In this document: positions 18,015 through 27,893 of the stretch, one piece after another
Numbering within the stretch: the stretch's first letter is position 1
Layout of the letters: every line of letters starts with the position of its first letter
Assembly: GCA_958350755.1 (NCBI GenBank)
Contig: CATWID010000007.1
Coordinates: 2,460 to 66,459, forward strand
Direction of reading: 5' to 3'
Source of the DNA: an uncultured Collinsella sp.
GTDB taxonomy: Bacteria > Actinomycetota > Coriobacteriia > Coriobacteriales > Coriobacteriaceae
DNA length: 64,000 bases
Program-made: the position numbers and the translations under genes
Notes under the pieces: generated by a model
Database searches by the model: none
Seen by the model: the letters and a program-made list of their open reading frames with translations, nothing else
What the model was told of the DNA's origin: nothing

Positions 18015-19334
18015 ATGCCTACCGATTCCCTTCGTGATGCCGCGTTTTGCGATGTTTTGAACCGCGAGCTTGTCTGTGCGCTCGGCTGCACCGAGCCTAT
18101 TGCCGTTGCCTATGCAGCGGCGTTGGCGAGCCAGACGCTCGGTTGCGAACCCGATCATATGGACGTTGCCTGCTCGGGCAACATCATCAAGAACGTTAAG
18201 AGCGTGACCGTGCCCAACTCGGGCGGTATGCACGGTATTGAAGCTGCAGCCGTGCTGGGTGCCGTGGGCGGTGACGCCAAGAGCGCGCTTGAGGTGCTCG
18301 AGAGCGTTAACGATGAAGACCGCGCTCGTGTGGCCGAGCTCCTCGCCGACGCCGGCTACTGCGATGTGTCGCTTGTCGAGGGTGTGCCCAACCTCTACAT
18401 CAAGGTGACTGCGACGGCCGGGGGCCATACCGCGGTCGTCGAGATTACCGATCACCACACTAATGTCACGTGCCATACGCTCGACGGTATTCCGGTATGC
18501 GGCAAGTCGGCGGGGGAGTGCGCCGCCTGCGCCGAGCGCGTGGTGGCCGAGCGTGCGGCAGATAACGCCGATACGCCCATGTCCATTGATTCCATCATCG
18601 ACTTTATCGAGGACGGTGACATTGAGGGCGCCCGCGCTGCCGTTGAGCGTCAGATTGAGCTGAATGGCGCAATCAGTGCCGAGGGCCTTGCGCACGCTTG
18701 GGGCGCCGAGGTGGGTCGTACGCTGCTGGGTGCTCGTGCCGATGACGTCGCCTGCCGTGCCCGTGCCCGTGCGGCCGCCGGGTCCGACGCCCGCATGAAC
18801 GGTTGCGCGCTGCCGGTCGCCATTGTGTGCGGCTCGGGCAATCAAGGCATTACCTGCGCATTGCCCGTCATGGAGTATGCCGAGTACCTGCGTTGCGACC
18901 ACGAGCGTCTGGTGCGCGCCGTGATGCTGTCCGATCTTATCGCCGTGCATATCAAGAGCTATATTGGTGCGCTTTCGGCGTTTTGCGGTGCTATTTGCGC
19001 CGCGTGCGGCGCCGGCGCTGCGATTACCTGGCTGTGCGGTGGCACGCGCGAGCAGATTGGCGCGACGGTCTCGAATACGCTCGGTAACGTGGGCGGCATC
19101 GTGTGCGACGGCGCCAAGGCGAGTTGTGCCGCCAAGATTTCGGCTGCCGTCGATGCGGCGATTCTGGGACATGACATGGCCATGCAGGGGCGTGGCTTCC
19201 GTGCCGGCGAGGGTTTGATCCAGGATACCGTCGAGCAGACGATTGCCAGCATGGGCTACGTGGGCCGTGTGGGTATGAAGGACACCGACGTCGAGATCCT
19301 CAACATCATGATCGGCAAAACCCAAGTGTGCTAG
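18015..19334 (+). CDS. L-cysteine desulfidase-like protein (YhaM/CyuA, serine dehydratase alpha family)
   Basis: ALGCTEP, AGSDARM, GSGNQG, CDGAKASCA motifs. Confidence 0.85.
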   Translation: MPTDSLRDAAFCDVLNRELVCALGCTEPIAVAYAAALASQTLGCEPDHMDVACSGNIIKNVKSVTVPNSGGMHGIEAAAVLGAVGGDAKSALEVLESVNDEDRARVAELLADAGYCDVSLVEGVPNLYIKVTATAGGHTAVVEITDHHTNVTCHTLDGIPVCGKSAGECAACAERVVAERAADNADTPMSIDSIIDFIEDGDIEGARAAVERQIELNGAISAEGLAHAWGAEVGRTLLGARADDVACRARARAAAGSDARMNGCALPVAIVCGSGNQGITCALPVMEYAEYLRCDHERLVRAVMLSDLIAVHIKSYIGALSAFCGAICAACGAGAAITWLCGGTREQIGATVSNTLGNVGGIVCDGAKASCAAKISAAVDAAILGHDMAMQGRGFRAGEGLIQDTVEQTIASMGYVGRVGMKDTDVEILNIMIGKTQVC

Positions 19335-20089
19335 GACAGTTCGTCGGCTACTTGGTGTTCGTAGAAGGCTTCTACTACGGCGTTAAAGTCGCGGGCGAAG
19401 CCTTCCATGGTTCCGCGCCAGGTGACTCGGTTGGGCTTGCCCTGGCCTACATAGGCAGTCTGAATGCCGCAGGCGGGGTTAGGGAAGTCGCGTTTGGGAT
19501 CGTTGCCCACCATAAGGACCTCGTGCGGTTCGAGCCCCATCACCTGAAGCTGCTCTAGATAGTAGGTGGCATCAGGCTTGCAGCGGGTGGCGTTTCCCAT
19601 GTGCGTGACGAGCTCAAAGGGGGCGTCGGCCAGGTCGCCCCAACCCATGCGGCACTCGATGGCCCCCTGCGGAAAGCTGGGGTTGGTAAAGAGCGCGCAG
19701 CGCAGCCCTGCGTCCTGTACGGCCTGAAGCGCGGCGTGTGCGCCCGGCATGGCATGGGCGTTGATGAGTTCGTCATTCTTGTACGGAAGAACTTCGCGGT
19801 CGTAGTAGGTAAACGCCTCGTAGATAAGTGGGTCCGAGAGGCAAATGCCGCATCGGCGCTCGACCTCTTCTTGGTAAAACTCAAGATTGGTGCGATTGTC
19901 CGTGCTGCTGCGGCGATTGGCGTTGAGGTCGACCAGGATGGTGCCGAGGCGTGCCATCGTGCCACCGCGGCTGCGGCGCCCGATATCCGCGAGCATCGAA
20001 GAGACATCCTTAAAATAGCGAAGGATGAACGCGTTGAGGTTGATGCTAAGAAGCGTTTCGTCCATATCGAAAACGACTGCTTTGAGCAC
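19331..20089 (-). CDS. HAD family hydrolase
   Basis: FDMDETLL, CKP and MVGND motifs; GTG start after GAAAGG. Confidence 0.85.
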   Translation of the reverse strand: MLKAVVFDMDETLLSINLNAFILRYFKDVSSMLADIGRRSRGGTMARLGTILVDLNANRRSSTDNRTNLEFYQEEVERRCGICLSDPLIYEAFTYYDREVLPYKNDELINAHAMPGAHAALQAVQDAGLRCALFTNPSFPQGAIECRMGWGDLADAPFELVTHMGNATRCKPDATYYLEQLQVMGLEPHEVLMVGNDPKRDFPNPACGIQTAYVGQGKPNRVTWRGTMEGFARDFNAVVEAFYEHQVADELS

Positions 20090-20404
20090 GCGGGCACCTT
20101 TCTCGAAAAATCGATCTAGAATCGTTGGCTCCGGATACTTTACCCCAAAGCCGAATGCCTGGCTGGTTATCGTCAAGTTGCGGAGACGTGTGTTCATAAG
20201 ATTACGAAAAAGTCTCCACACGAGTAAAAAATCGCAGTTCACGCTTGAAATCGAACTCATTTCCCCGTAACCTATACGAACGTGATTGCATAAGCGTCAC
20301 ATTAGTATCTGTCGGCTCCCGAGTGTTCCTAAACGTTGTGTGCTTGTCGCACCCTTCTGTAGGTCCTAGCAATCGGGGCCCCGTAGTTCGAAAGGGGTCC
20401 ACCT

Positions 20405-21571
20405 TTGAGTGAGATTCAGAACTCGTCCATTTTCTCTCTTGACGATGTCAACGAGGAGGAGATGAACAACCTCATCGACGGTACGATTACCGACTTTGAT
20501 GAGGGCGATCTCGTTAACGGCACTGTCGTTAAGATCGAGCATGACGAGGTGCTCGTTGACATCGGATTCAAGTCCGAGGGCGTTATCCCGGTCCGCGAGC
20601 TGTCCATCCGCAAGGACGCTAACCCTGCAGACATCGTTGCACTCGGTGATCCCATCGAGGCCCTGGTTCTCCAGAAGGAGGACAAGGACGGTCGTCTGGT
20701 CCTGTCCAAGAAGCGTGCCGAGTACGAGCGTGCTTGGAACCGCATCGAGGAGAAGTTCAACTCCGGCGAGAACGTCGAGGGCGAGGTTATCGAGGTTGTC
20801 AAGGGCGGCCTGATCCTCGACATCGGCCTGCGTGGCTTCCTGCCCGCTTCCCTCGTCGACCTCCGTCGCGTCAAGGACCTCACCTCTTACATGGGCACCC
20901 GCATCGAGGCCCGCGTCATCGAGATGGACCGCAACCGCAACAACGTCGTCCTCTCCCGTCGCGTCGTGCTCGAGGAGTCCCGTAAGGCCGAGCGCTCCGA
21001 GATCCTGTCCAAGCTCAAGTCTGGCATGCGTCTCCAGGGCACCGTTTCCTCCATCGTCGACTTCGGCGCCTTCGTCGACCTCGGCGGTATCGACGGCCTC
21101 ATCCACATCTCCGAGCTCTCTTGGAACCACGTCAACCATCCTTCCGAGGTTGTCAAGGTCGGCCAGGAGGTCGAGGTCGAGGTTCTCGACGTCGATCTCA
21201 ACCGCGAGCGCATCTCCCTGGGTCTCAAGCAGACCACCGAGGATCCGTGGCGCGCACTGGTCAAGAAGTACCCCGTCGGCGCTATCGTCGAGGGCACTGT
21301 GACCAAGCTTGTCCCGTTCGGCGCTTTTGTCGACCTGGGCGAGGGCATCGAGGGCCTGGTGCACATCTCCGAGATGGCCAACAAACACGTCGACCAGCCT
21401 TCTCAGGTTACCCACGTGGGCGACAAGGTTCAGGTCAAGGTCATGGAGATCGACCTCGACCGTCGTCGTATCTCCCTGTCCATGAAGTCCGCTGCTGAGA
21501 CTCTGGGCGTTGAGATCGAGGTTACCCCGCTGCCTTCCGAGAAGAAGGACGAGGAGACCGACGCCGAGTAA
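20405..21571 (+). CDS. rpsA: 30S ribosomal protein S1
   Basis: Four S1 repeats (DIGFKSEG, FGAFVDLGG, GLVHISE). Confidence 0.96.
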   Translation: MSEIQNSSIFSLDDVNEEEMNNLIDGTITDFDEGDLVNGTVVKIEHDEVLVDIGFKSEGVIPVRELSIRKDANPADIVALGDPIEALVLQKEDKDGRLVLSKKRAEYERAWNRIEEKFNSGENVEGEVIEVVKGGLILDIGLRGFLPASLVDLRRVKDLTSYMGTRIEARVIEMDRNRNNVVLSRRVVLEESRKAERSEILSKLKSGMRLQGTVSSIVDFGAFVDLGGIDGLIHISELSWNHVNHPSEVVKVGQEVEVEVLDVDLNRERISLGLKQTTEDPWRALVKKYPVGAIVEGTVTKLVPFGAFVDLGEGIEGLVHISEMANKHVDQPSQVTHVGDKVQVKVMEIDLDRRRISLSMKSAAETLGVEIEVTPLPSEKKDEETDAE

Positions 21572-21595
21572 ATCGGTTTGACGATCACTTGTTTT

Positions 21596-21629
21596 AAGGG
21601 ATCCGTCCGTAATGGACGGGTCCCTTTTT
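21596..21629 (+). terminator. Intrinsic terminator after rpsA
   Basis: aagggatccgtcc-gtaat-ggacgggtccctttttg. Confidence 0.85.
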
Positions 21630-21911
21630 GCATTTGCTGCTGAGGTGCGCGATGTCGTCCGCGCGCAATGCTGTCCGAGCTGTCCACAGGCTATTAGGTT
21701 TTCGGTGCATGAAAAAATGCCGACATCCCGCCTCGGGGAGGAGGCGGGAACGCACCGAGTAGACGGAGGGGTGCGGAGCGCGGTCGCGTCTCGACTGACG
21801 ACGTTGCCCATCGACAGGACCATTGTAGCGCATGGCGGTTCTTGGTTTATCGTGTCGAGCGTTTGCGTTGTGCCATTGCCTGCGGCAACGGTGTGTTACA
21901 CTCTTGCACTG

Positions 21912-22271
21912 CTGAGTGGGCCAGACGGTCGCGCGATGTGCTGCTTGCAGTACGCGTGAGGAAAGTCCGGGCTCCAGAGGGCGGGATGCCGGCTAACGGC
22001 CGGGCGGAGTGATCCGACGGAAAGCGCCGCAGAAAAGAAGACTCCCACCTGCGCCGCAAGGCGTAAAGGGAAAAGCTGAAACGGTGGTGTAAGAGACCAC
22101 CAGCGTCGTGGCAACATGGCGGCTTGGCAAGCCCCATCCGGAGCAAGCGCGAATAGGAACGCTATGGGCCGGCCCGGTCCGCGTTCGGGTAGCGTGCGTG
22201 GAGCTGCACGGTAACGTGCAGACAAGATAAATGACCGTTCACGACAGAACCCGGCTTATCGGCCCACTTGG
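21912..22271 (+). ncRNA. rnpB: RNase P RNA (class A)
   Basis: GAGGAAAGTCCGGGCTCC near the 5' end, ACAGAACCCGGCTTAT near the 3' end; P1 agtgggcc/ggcccact. Confidence 0.96.
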
Positions 22272-22288
22272 CACTTTGTTGACGCTGC

Positions 22289-22387
22289 GAACCCGTCAGC
22301 GCGGCAATCTGCCTTTCAAACCTTCGGGCATGACCATAAGGTCAATGCCCTCGGCTTTCAAGGCACCTTGCTCGCGCTGACGGGTTC
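22289..22387. repeat. Structured repeat family D, copy 1
   Basis: 15-bp outer stem gaacccgtcagcgcg/cgcgctgacgggttc; internal ttcaaacc...ctttca.ggca shared with 37723-37824. Confidence 0.7.
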
Positions 22388-22487
22388 TCGCTTTCGTTGA
22401 CGGAATCATCGGCGTTGCCATTCTTTTTACTAGGGTTATCGTATTATTGAGGCTGTTTGTTGCCGCGCTTAGTTTTGTTGAGGGGCT

Positions 22488-23126
22488 TTGTTGGACAGCT
22501 ATTTTACTCTGCAATCGAATATTGAGGTTTCGGGCGAGTTTGTGGACCGCAAGAGTCGGTTTATTGCCCAGCTGGTCCATATTGAGTCCGAGGACGAGGC
22601 GAATGCCTTTATCGAGATGGTTCGCAAGCGTCATTACGACGCTCGACACAATGTTCCCGCGTGGATTTTGGTCGATGGACGCGAGCGCCAGAGCGATGAT
22701 GGTGAGCCGAGCCGCACGAGCGGTATGCCGACACTCGAGGTGTTGCGCGGTGCGGAGCTCAAAAATGTTTGCTGCGTAGTGACACGCTATTTTGGTGGTA
22801 CGTTGTTGGGGCCCGGTGGCTTGGTACGCGCCTATACCGCGGCGACGCAGGCGGCGGTGGCCGCGGCTCAGGAGGCCGGGCAGATCGTCGAGATGACGAG
22901 TGTCGTGCCTGTTGACGTGCATGTGGCCTATCCGCAGTATGAGCAGGTGCTTCGCTTGGCCCAGGATTCCGGTGCCAAGGTTTCGGATACCGAGTACGCG
23001 GATGCCGTGACGATTCATTTGGTGTTTAAGGCGGGGGAGCAGGAGCCGTTTTGCGTTAAGATGCGCGAGCTTATGGCGGGGCGCGAGGAGATTGAGGTCG
23101 GCGCTCCCGAATTTGCCGAGTTCTAA
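22488..23126 (+). CDS. YigZ/IMPACT family protein
   Basis: RKSRF, SDDGEPSRTSG and VVTRYFGGTLLGPGGLVRAY motifs. Confidence 0.92.
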   Translation: MLDSYFTLQSNIEVSGEFVDRKSRFIAQLVHIESEDEANAFIEMVRKRHYDARHNVPAWILVDGRERQSDDGEPSRTSGMPTLEVLRGAELKNVCCVVTRYFGGTLLGPGGLVRAYTAATQAAVAAAQEAGQIVEMTSVVPVDVHVAYPQYEQVLRLAQDSGAKVSDTEYADAVTIHLVFKAGEQEPFCVKMRELMAGREEIEVGAPEFAEF

Positions 23127-23193
23127 CGACGACGGCCGGCGTGCTTTTGGATGAATCCCAAGCGCGCCGGCCGTCGTTTTATGTTGTCGCCGT

Positions 23194-23640
23194 TTACTCG
23201 GCGAGCTGCTTTAGCACATCGCAGGCGATGTCGACGGCGTCGTCGATGCAGCCGGGGCAGCTGCGGAGCGGACCCTGGTCCGATCCGACGCCTTTGAGCG
23301 TGCCGCAGACGGTCGTGGTGTTCTTCTCGCCAAAGCGCTTGGCAATCTCGCGCGACAGCTTGTAGGTCTGGCCCTTGGTCTTGGGGTTCTCCATACCGTC
23401 GCTCATCACAAAGCCCATGATGGCCACGGCGCCCGAGATGGCGCCGCAGGTCTCGGTCATGCCGCCCATGCCGGCGCCAAAGCCCTCGGTGAGGGTAAAG
23501 GCGATCTGGGGGTCGAGCCCCACAGCGGGCGCGAGCGTGCAAGCGACAGCCTGGGCGCAGTTAAAGCCGCGGGCGTGGTACTCGGCAGCCTGAGCCTGAC
23601 AGGCGGTGATGTCGAGCTGGGTTGTATCGATTTGCTTCAT
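23194..23640 (-). CDS. C-GCAxxG-C-C family putative redox-active protein
   Basis: GFNCAQAV, GFGAGMG, TCGAISG and further C-terminal Cys. Confidence 0.85.
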   Translation of the reverse strand: MKQIDTTQLDITACQAQAAEYHARGFNCAQAVACTLAPAVGLDPQIAFTLTEGFGAGMGGMTETCGAISGAVAIMGFVMSDGMENPKTKGQTYKLSREIAKRFGEKNTTTVCGTLKGVGSDQGPLRSCPGCIDDAVDIACDVLKQLAE

Positions 23641-23747
23641 CGGTGTCTCCTTGATTACGGTGTACCCGCCTATGGTACCCTTGCTGGCGCATTCGCTTAT
23701 CGAGACCGCAGTGCATATCTCATTGTTTTTCGCCATCGAACACTTTC

Positions 23748-23786
23748 TTAAGATTTGGGACAAATAAACCTGATTTATTTGTCTCA
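23748..23786. repeat. Short palindromic repeat, TTAAGATTTGGGACAA family, copy 2
   Basis: tgggacaaataaa / tttatttgtctca hairpin; matches 11453-11468. Confidence 0.7.
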
Positions 23787-23874
23787 TAACCTATCGGCGG
23801 GATGGGTTGAGAGGGGTGCGGGGTAGCGGTATCGTGAACCGAATAAAATCAAAACCCAAGTAAGGGAGTTGGAT

Positions 23875-25158
23875 ATGAGCGAGCAGACCATCGGTACCAC
23901 GTGTGTTCAGGGCGGTTATCGCCCGGGCGATGCAGAGCCGCGTCAGGTGCCTATCTACCAGTCAACCACGTGGAAGTACGACACGTCCGAGCACATGAGC
24001 AAGCTGTTTGACCTGGAGGAGTCGGGCTACTTCTACAGCCGTCTGCAGAATCCCACGTGTGATCTGGTTGCCGCCAAGATCTGCGAGATGGAGGGCGGCA
24101 CTGCTGCGATGCTCACGAGCTCGGGCATGGCTGCGAACTTCCTCGCGATCTTTAACGTGGCCGGTGCCGGCGATCACGTGGTCGCGAGCTCTGCCATCTA
24201 CGGCGGTACCTACAACCTGCTTGCCCATACCATGGGCCGTATGGGCGTTACCTGCACGTTCGTTGCTCCCGACTGCACCGATGAGGAGCTGGAAGCAGCC
24301 TTCCGGCCCAACACCAAGCTCGTCTTTGGCGAGACCATCGCCAACCCCGCCCTCGCCGTGCTCGATATTGAGCGCTTTGCCAAGGCCGCGCATGACCACG
24401 GCGTGCCGCTGATGGTCGACAACACCTTCCCGACGCCCGTGATGTGCCGTCCCTTTGAGTGGGGCGCCGACATCGTTACGCACTCCACCACCAAGTATAT
24501 GGATGGCCACGCTGCCTACCTGGGCGGCGTGATCGTCGACCACGGCCAGTTTGACTGGATGGCTCATGCGGACAAGTTCCCGGGCCTCACCACGCCCGAC
24601 GAGAGCTACCACGGCGTGACCTATGCCGAGAAGTTCGGTCGCGAGGGCGCCTTCATTACCAAGGCCACCGCTCAGCTCATGCGCGATCTTGGCCCCATGC
24701 AGAACCCGCAGGCGGCGTTTTTCCTGAACAGCTCGCTCGAGAGCCTGCATGTGCGCATGCCGCGTCATTGCGAGAACGGCCTGGCCGTTGCCAAGTTCCT
24801 GCAGAGCCATCCCAAGGTACGCTTTGTGAGCTATCCGGGCCTGGAGGGCGACAAGTACTATGACCTGGCTCAGAAGTACATGCCCAACGGTACCTGCGGC
24901 GTCGTGAGCTTTGGCTTTAACGGCGGTCGCGCGGCAGCTGAGACCTTTATGAAGAGCCTCAAGCTCGCCCAGATCGCCACGCATGTGGCCGACGCCCGCA
25001 CTTGCTGCCTGCATCCCGCTAACGCCACGCATCGCCAGATGAACGATGAGGAGCTCATCGCCTGTGGCATCTCCGCCGACATGGTGCGCCTGTCGTGCGG
25101 CCTCGAGGACACGGCCGACCTGATTGCCGACCTTGAGCAGGCTCTCGAGCAGTGCTAG
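23875..25158 (+). CDS. metY: O-acetylhomoserine aminocarboxypropyltransferase/cysteine synthase
   Basis: PIYQSTT, YSRLQNPT, VDNTF, HSTTKY and HPANATHRQ motifs. Confidence 0.9.
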   Translation: MSEQTIGTTCVQGGYRPGDAEPRQVPIYQSTTWKYDTSEHMSKLFDLEESGYFYSRLQNPTCDLVAAKICEMEGGTAAMLTSSGMAANFLAIFNVAGAGDHVVASSAIYGGTYNLLAHTMGRMGVTCTFVAPDCTDEELEAAFRPNTKLVFGETIANPALAVLDIERFAKAAHDHGVPLMVDNTFPTPVMCRPFEWGADIVTHSTTKYMDGHAAYLGGVIVDHGQFDWMAHADKFPGLTTPDESYHGVTYAEKFGREGAFITKATAQLMRDLGPMQNPQAAFFLNSSLESLHVRMPRHCENGLAVAKFLQSHPKVRFVSYPGLEGDKYYDLAQKYMPNGTCGVVSFGFNGGRAAAETFMKSLKLAQIATHVADARTCCLHPANATHRQMNDEELIACGISADMVRLSCGLEDTADLIADLEQALEQC

Positions 25159-25300
25159 GCTAGCGTTCGCATAAGTCGCCGATGCCGACAGAGGGCTTCG
25201 GCGACCTTTACGTTCCGATTCCGTAGGCGGGACCCCAATCGCGGCTGTTTGCAGGCGATTGGGGCCCCGTTTTTGTGTTGCGCCACTCGAAAGGATGGAT

Positions 25301-26605
25301 ATGGAGAAAACCGCAGAGCAGCTGCGCCGCGAGCACATTGCCCTAGAGGGCGACACCCATGGCAAGAACAAATGGGCGATTCTGTTTACCGTGCTCATCA
25401 TGACGTTTATGGTGTGTCTGGATTCGACCGTCGTGACCGTGGCGCTGCCCGTGATGCAAAAGGAGCTGGGCGTGGGCCTCGATCGCATTCAGCTGGTGAG
25501 CTCGGTGTATCTGCTTGCGACATGCGTGGCTATGTTGCCGTTTGGCCGTCTGGGCGACGTGCGCGGCAAGGTGAATGTGTTCCAGCTGGGCGTCATCGTC
25601 TTTTCGGTCGGTTCGCTGCTGTGCGGCCTTTCGGCCTCGCTCGAGATTCTTATCCTGGCACGCATTGTTCAGGGCGTCGGTTGCGCGGCGGCCATGGCTA
25701 ACAACATGGGTATCATCACCGAGTCGTTTCCGGCGCGCGAGCGCGGTCGTGCCATGGGTATTCTCGCGACCTTCGTGGCCCTCGGCATGATGTGCGGCCC
25801 CGTGCTCGGCGGCATGCTGGTGGCAAGCTTTCCCTGGGAGAGCATCTTCCTCATCAACCTGCCCATTGGCGTCATCTCGTTTATCGTGGGACTCTATACA
25901 CTACCGCATGTTAAGCCGGAGGCCGGCGAGCGCCCCATGTCCCTGATTGAGGCTGCTCGTCGCTGCTTTGCAAATTCGGCCTTCACCATCAACCTTGCTT
26001 GCATGCTCATCGTGTTCGTTGGTATTGGCGCATCCGAGTTTATTCTGCCGTTCTATTTTCAGGACGCCCACGGCTTTGGTTCCGATATTTCCGGATTGCT
26101 CTTTTTGGCGCTGCCGATGGTGAATGCCTTTATCGGCCCGCTTTCGGGCACGGTTTCGGACCGTGTTGGCTGCGAGGGCCCCACGGCAGTCGGCCTGGGT
26201 GTGTACGTGTGCGGTCTCTTTGCGGTGAGCACGCTCAACGAGCATTCCTCCATCCTTGTGATCGTGTGCTGCGTCGCATTTATGTCGCTCGGTACGTCGA
26301 TTTTCCAAAGCCCTAACAACTCCCTGTATATGGGTTCGGCCCCGCGCGAGGCGCTCGGTTTTGCGGGCAGCTTGGGCAGTTTGGCGCGCTACGCTGGCAT
26401 GGCATTCGGCATTACGGTGGCGTCGCATATCCTGTATGGGCAGATGAGCGTGGCGATGGGCGAGGCCGTAACCAGTTTCGTTGCAGGCCGTCCGGATGTA
26501 TTCCTATTCGGCTTTCGCTCGGTATTCTACGTGCTCATGGCTGTGGCCGCTGTGGGCTTTGCGCTCGCCATGGTGCGTTTGGTGAGGATGCGCGCCCGCC
26601 ATTAG
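25301..26605 (+). CDS. MFS transporter (DHA2-like N-terminal half)
   Basis: LDSTVVTVALP, GRLGDVRG, GPVLGG and WESIFLINLPIG motifs. Confidence 0.88.
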   Translation: MEKTAEQLRREHIALEGDTHGKNKWAILFTVLIMTFMVCLDSTVVTVALPVMQKELGVGLDRIQLVSSVYLLATCVAMLPFGRLGDVRGKVNVFQLGVIVFSVGSLLCGLSASLEILILARIVQGVGCAAAMANNMGIITESFPARERGRAMGILATFVALGMMCGPVLGGMLVASFPWESIFLINLPIGVISFIVGLYTLPHVKPEAGERPMSLIEAARRCFANSAFTINLACMLIVFVGIGASEFILPFYFQDAHGFGSDISGLLFLALPMVNAFIGPLSGTVSDRVGCEGPTAVGLGVYVCGLFAVSTLNEHSSILVIVCCVAFMSLGTSIFQSPNNSLYMGSAPREALGFAGSLGSLARYAGMAFGITVASHILYGQMSVAMGEAVTSFVAGRPDVFLFGFRSVFYVLMAVAAVGFALAMVRLVRMRARH

Positions 26606-26763
26606 TGCGCTGGGAGGCTGCCTGCCACGTGTTCGCGCCGTCTCAAAAAAACTGGTTTGTGGTGCGATGCGGCTTGTGGGACGGGCGGGGGTCGGTCCGT
26701 GGTAGACTATCGAACAACGTTTATTAATCGCGCGGTATCGTTGCCGCGAGAAGGGGTTGCGCC

Positions 26764-27342
26764 ATGCAGGAGCTTGAGGATCGTATTCGCCATGACGGCA
26801 TCGTAAAGGCCGGTAACGTCCTTAAGGTTGATGCCTTCCTCAACCACCAATGCGACGTTGAGCTGTTCGACCACATGGGCGCCGAGTGGGCCCATCTGTT
26901 CAAGGATGTCGAGATCAACAAGATCCTGACGATCGAGGCTTCGGGCATTGGCATGGCCTGCATCGCAGCTCAGCATTTTGGCGGCGTGCCGGTGGTCTTT
27001 GCCAAGAAGGCCCAGTCCATTAACCTCGACGGCGAGCAGTATGCCACGACCATCTACTCCTTTACCAAGCAGAAGGAGTACCCGGTCATCGTTGGCAAGC
27101 GCTTCCTGTCCGAGGGCGACAAGGTCCTGATTATCGACGACTTTTTGGCCAACGGCTGCGCGCTCGAGGGTCTTATCAAGATCTGTGAGGCTGCGGGTGC
27201 CGAGGTGTCCGGTATTGGCATTGCGGTGGAGAAGGGCTTCCAGGGCGGTGGCGATAAGCTCCGCGAGCGCGGCTTCCGCGTTGAGAGCCTGGCCCGTATC
27301 GCCGATATGGACTGCGAGACCGGCGAGATCACCTTCGCCTAA
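26764..27342 (+). CDS. xpt: Xanthine phosphoribosyltransferase
   Basis: [16 protein letters not shown] and IIDDFLANG motifs. Confidence 0.94.
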   Translation: MQELEDRIRHDGIVKAGNVLKVDAFLNHQCDVELFDHMGAEWAHLFKDVEINKILTIEASGIGMACIAAQHFGGVPVVFAKKAQSINLDGEQYATTIYSFTKQKEYPVIVGKRFLSEGDKVLIIDDFLANGCALEGLIKICEAAGAEVSGIGIAVEKGFQGGGDKLRERGFRVESLARIADMDCETGEITFA

Positions 27343-27369
27343 GCGCGCAACACAAGCGATTGGTATGCG

Positions 27370-27400
27370 ATGTGACAAAGGGACCGTCCCTTTGTCACAT
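27370..27400. repeat. REP-like hairpin
   Basis: atgtgacaaaggga-ccg-tccctttgtcacat perfect 14-bp stem. Confidence 0.65.
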
Positions 27401-27425
27401 TTTTTGTATGAGGGGAGGTGTTGAT

Positions 27426-27806
27426 ATGGATGAGAACAAGATGGGATGGCGCGAATATGCGCGCTATGCCGAGATGTCGGTCGAGGAGTTGGCGCGCGAT
27501 TGCGAGGTGCAGGTGTTTCGCGCGACGGGTCCGGGCGGACAAGGCGTCAACACGACGGACTCGGCGGTGCGCATGAAACATATCCCTTCGGGAATTACCG
27601 TGACGGCGCGCGAGAGCCGCAGTCAGTTCCAAAACCGTAGTAGCTGCCTGCGTAAGCTGCGCGCTGAGCTTGAGCGTCGCGGGCGTCCACCGCGCCGACG
27701 CGTAAAGACCAAGGTGCCTCTGCGCTCTCGCCAGCGCAGGCTCAATGACAAGCACTTCAACGCCATCAAAAAGGCCAACCGTCGCAAACCGGGCGGGGAG
27801 GAATAA
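27426..27806 (+). CDS. Peptide release factor-like protein (ArfB/YaeJ-type ribosome rescue)
   Basis: GPGGQGVN motif, SRSQFQNR and a basic C-terminal tail. Confidence 0.88.
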   Translation: MDENKMGWREYARYAEMSVEELARDCEVQVFRATGPGGQGVNTTDSAVRMKHIPSGITVTARESRSQFQNRSSCLRKLRAELERRGRPPRRRVKTKVPLRSRQRRLNDKHFNAIKKANRRKPGGEE

Positions 27807-27815
27807 TCTTCTCAA

Positions 27816-27886
27816 TAAGTTGCGGTGAAATAGGGACTGTTTATGCAGCTAAAGCCGCAAAACAGTCCCTATTTCACCGCAACTTA
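27816..27886. repeat. Palindromic repeat, AGTTGCGGTGRAATA family, copy 2
   Basis: 27-bp perfect arms at 27816-27842 and 27860-27886 between convergent genes. Confidence 0.85.
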
Positions 27887-27893
27887 GGGGTGG

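Noticed and set aside
23641..23874. SAM riboswitch or leader peptide before metY
   Set aside because: No S-box-like core or Met/Cys-rich uORF found; only a short palindromic repeat
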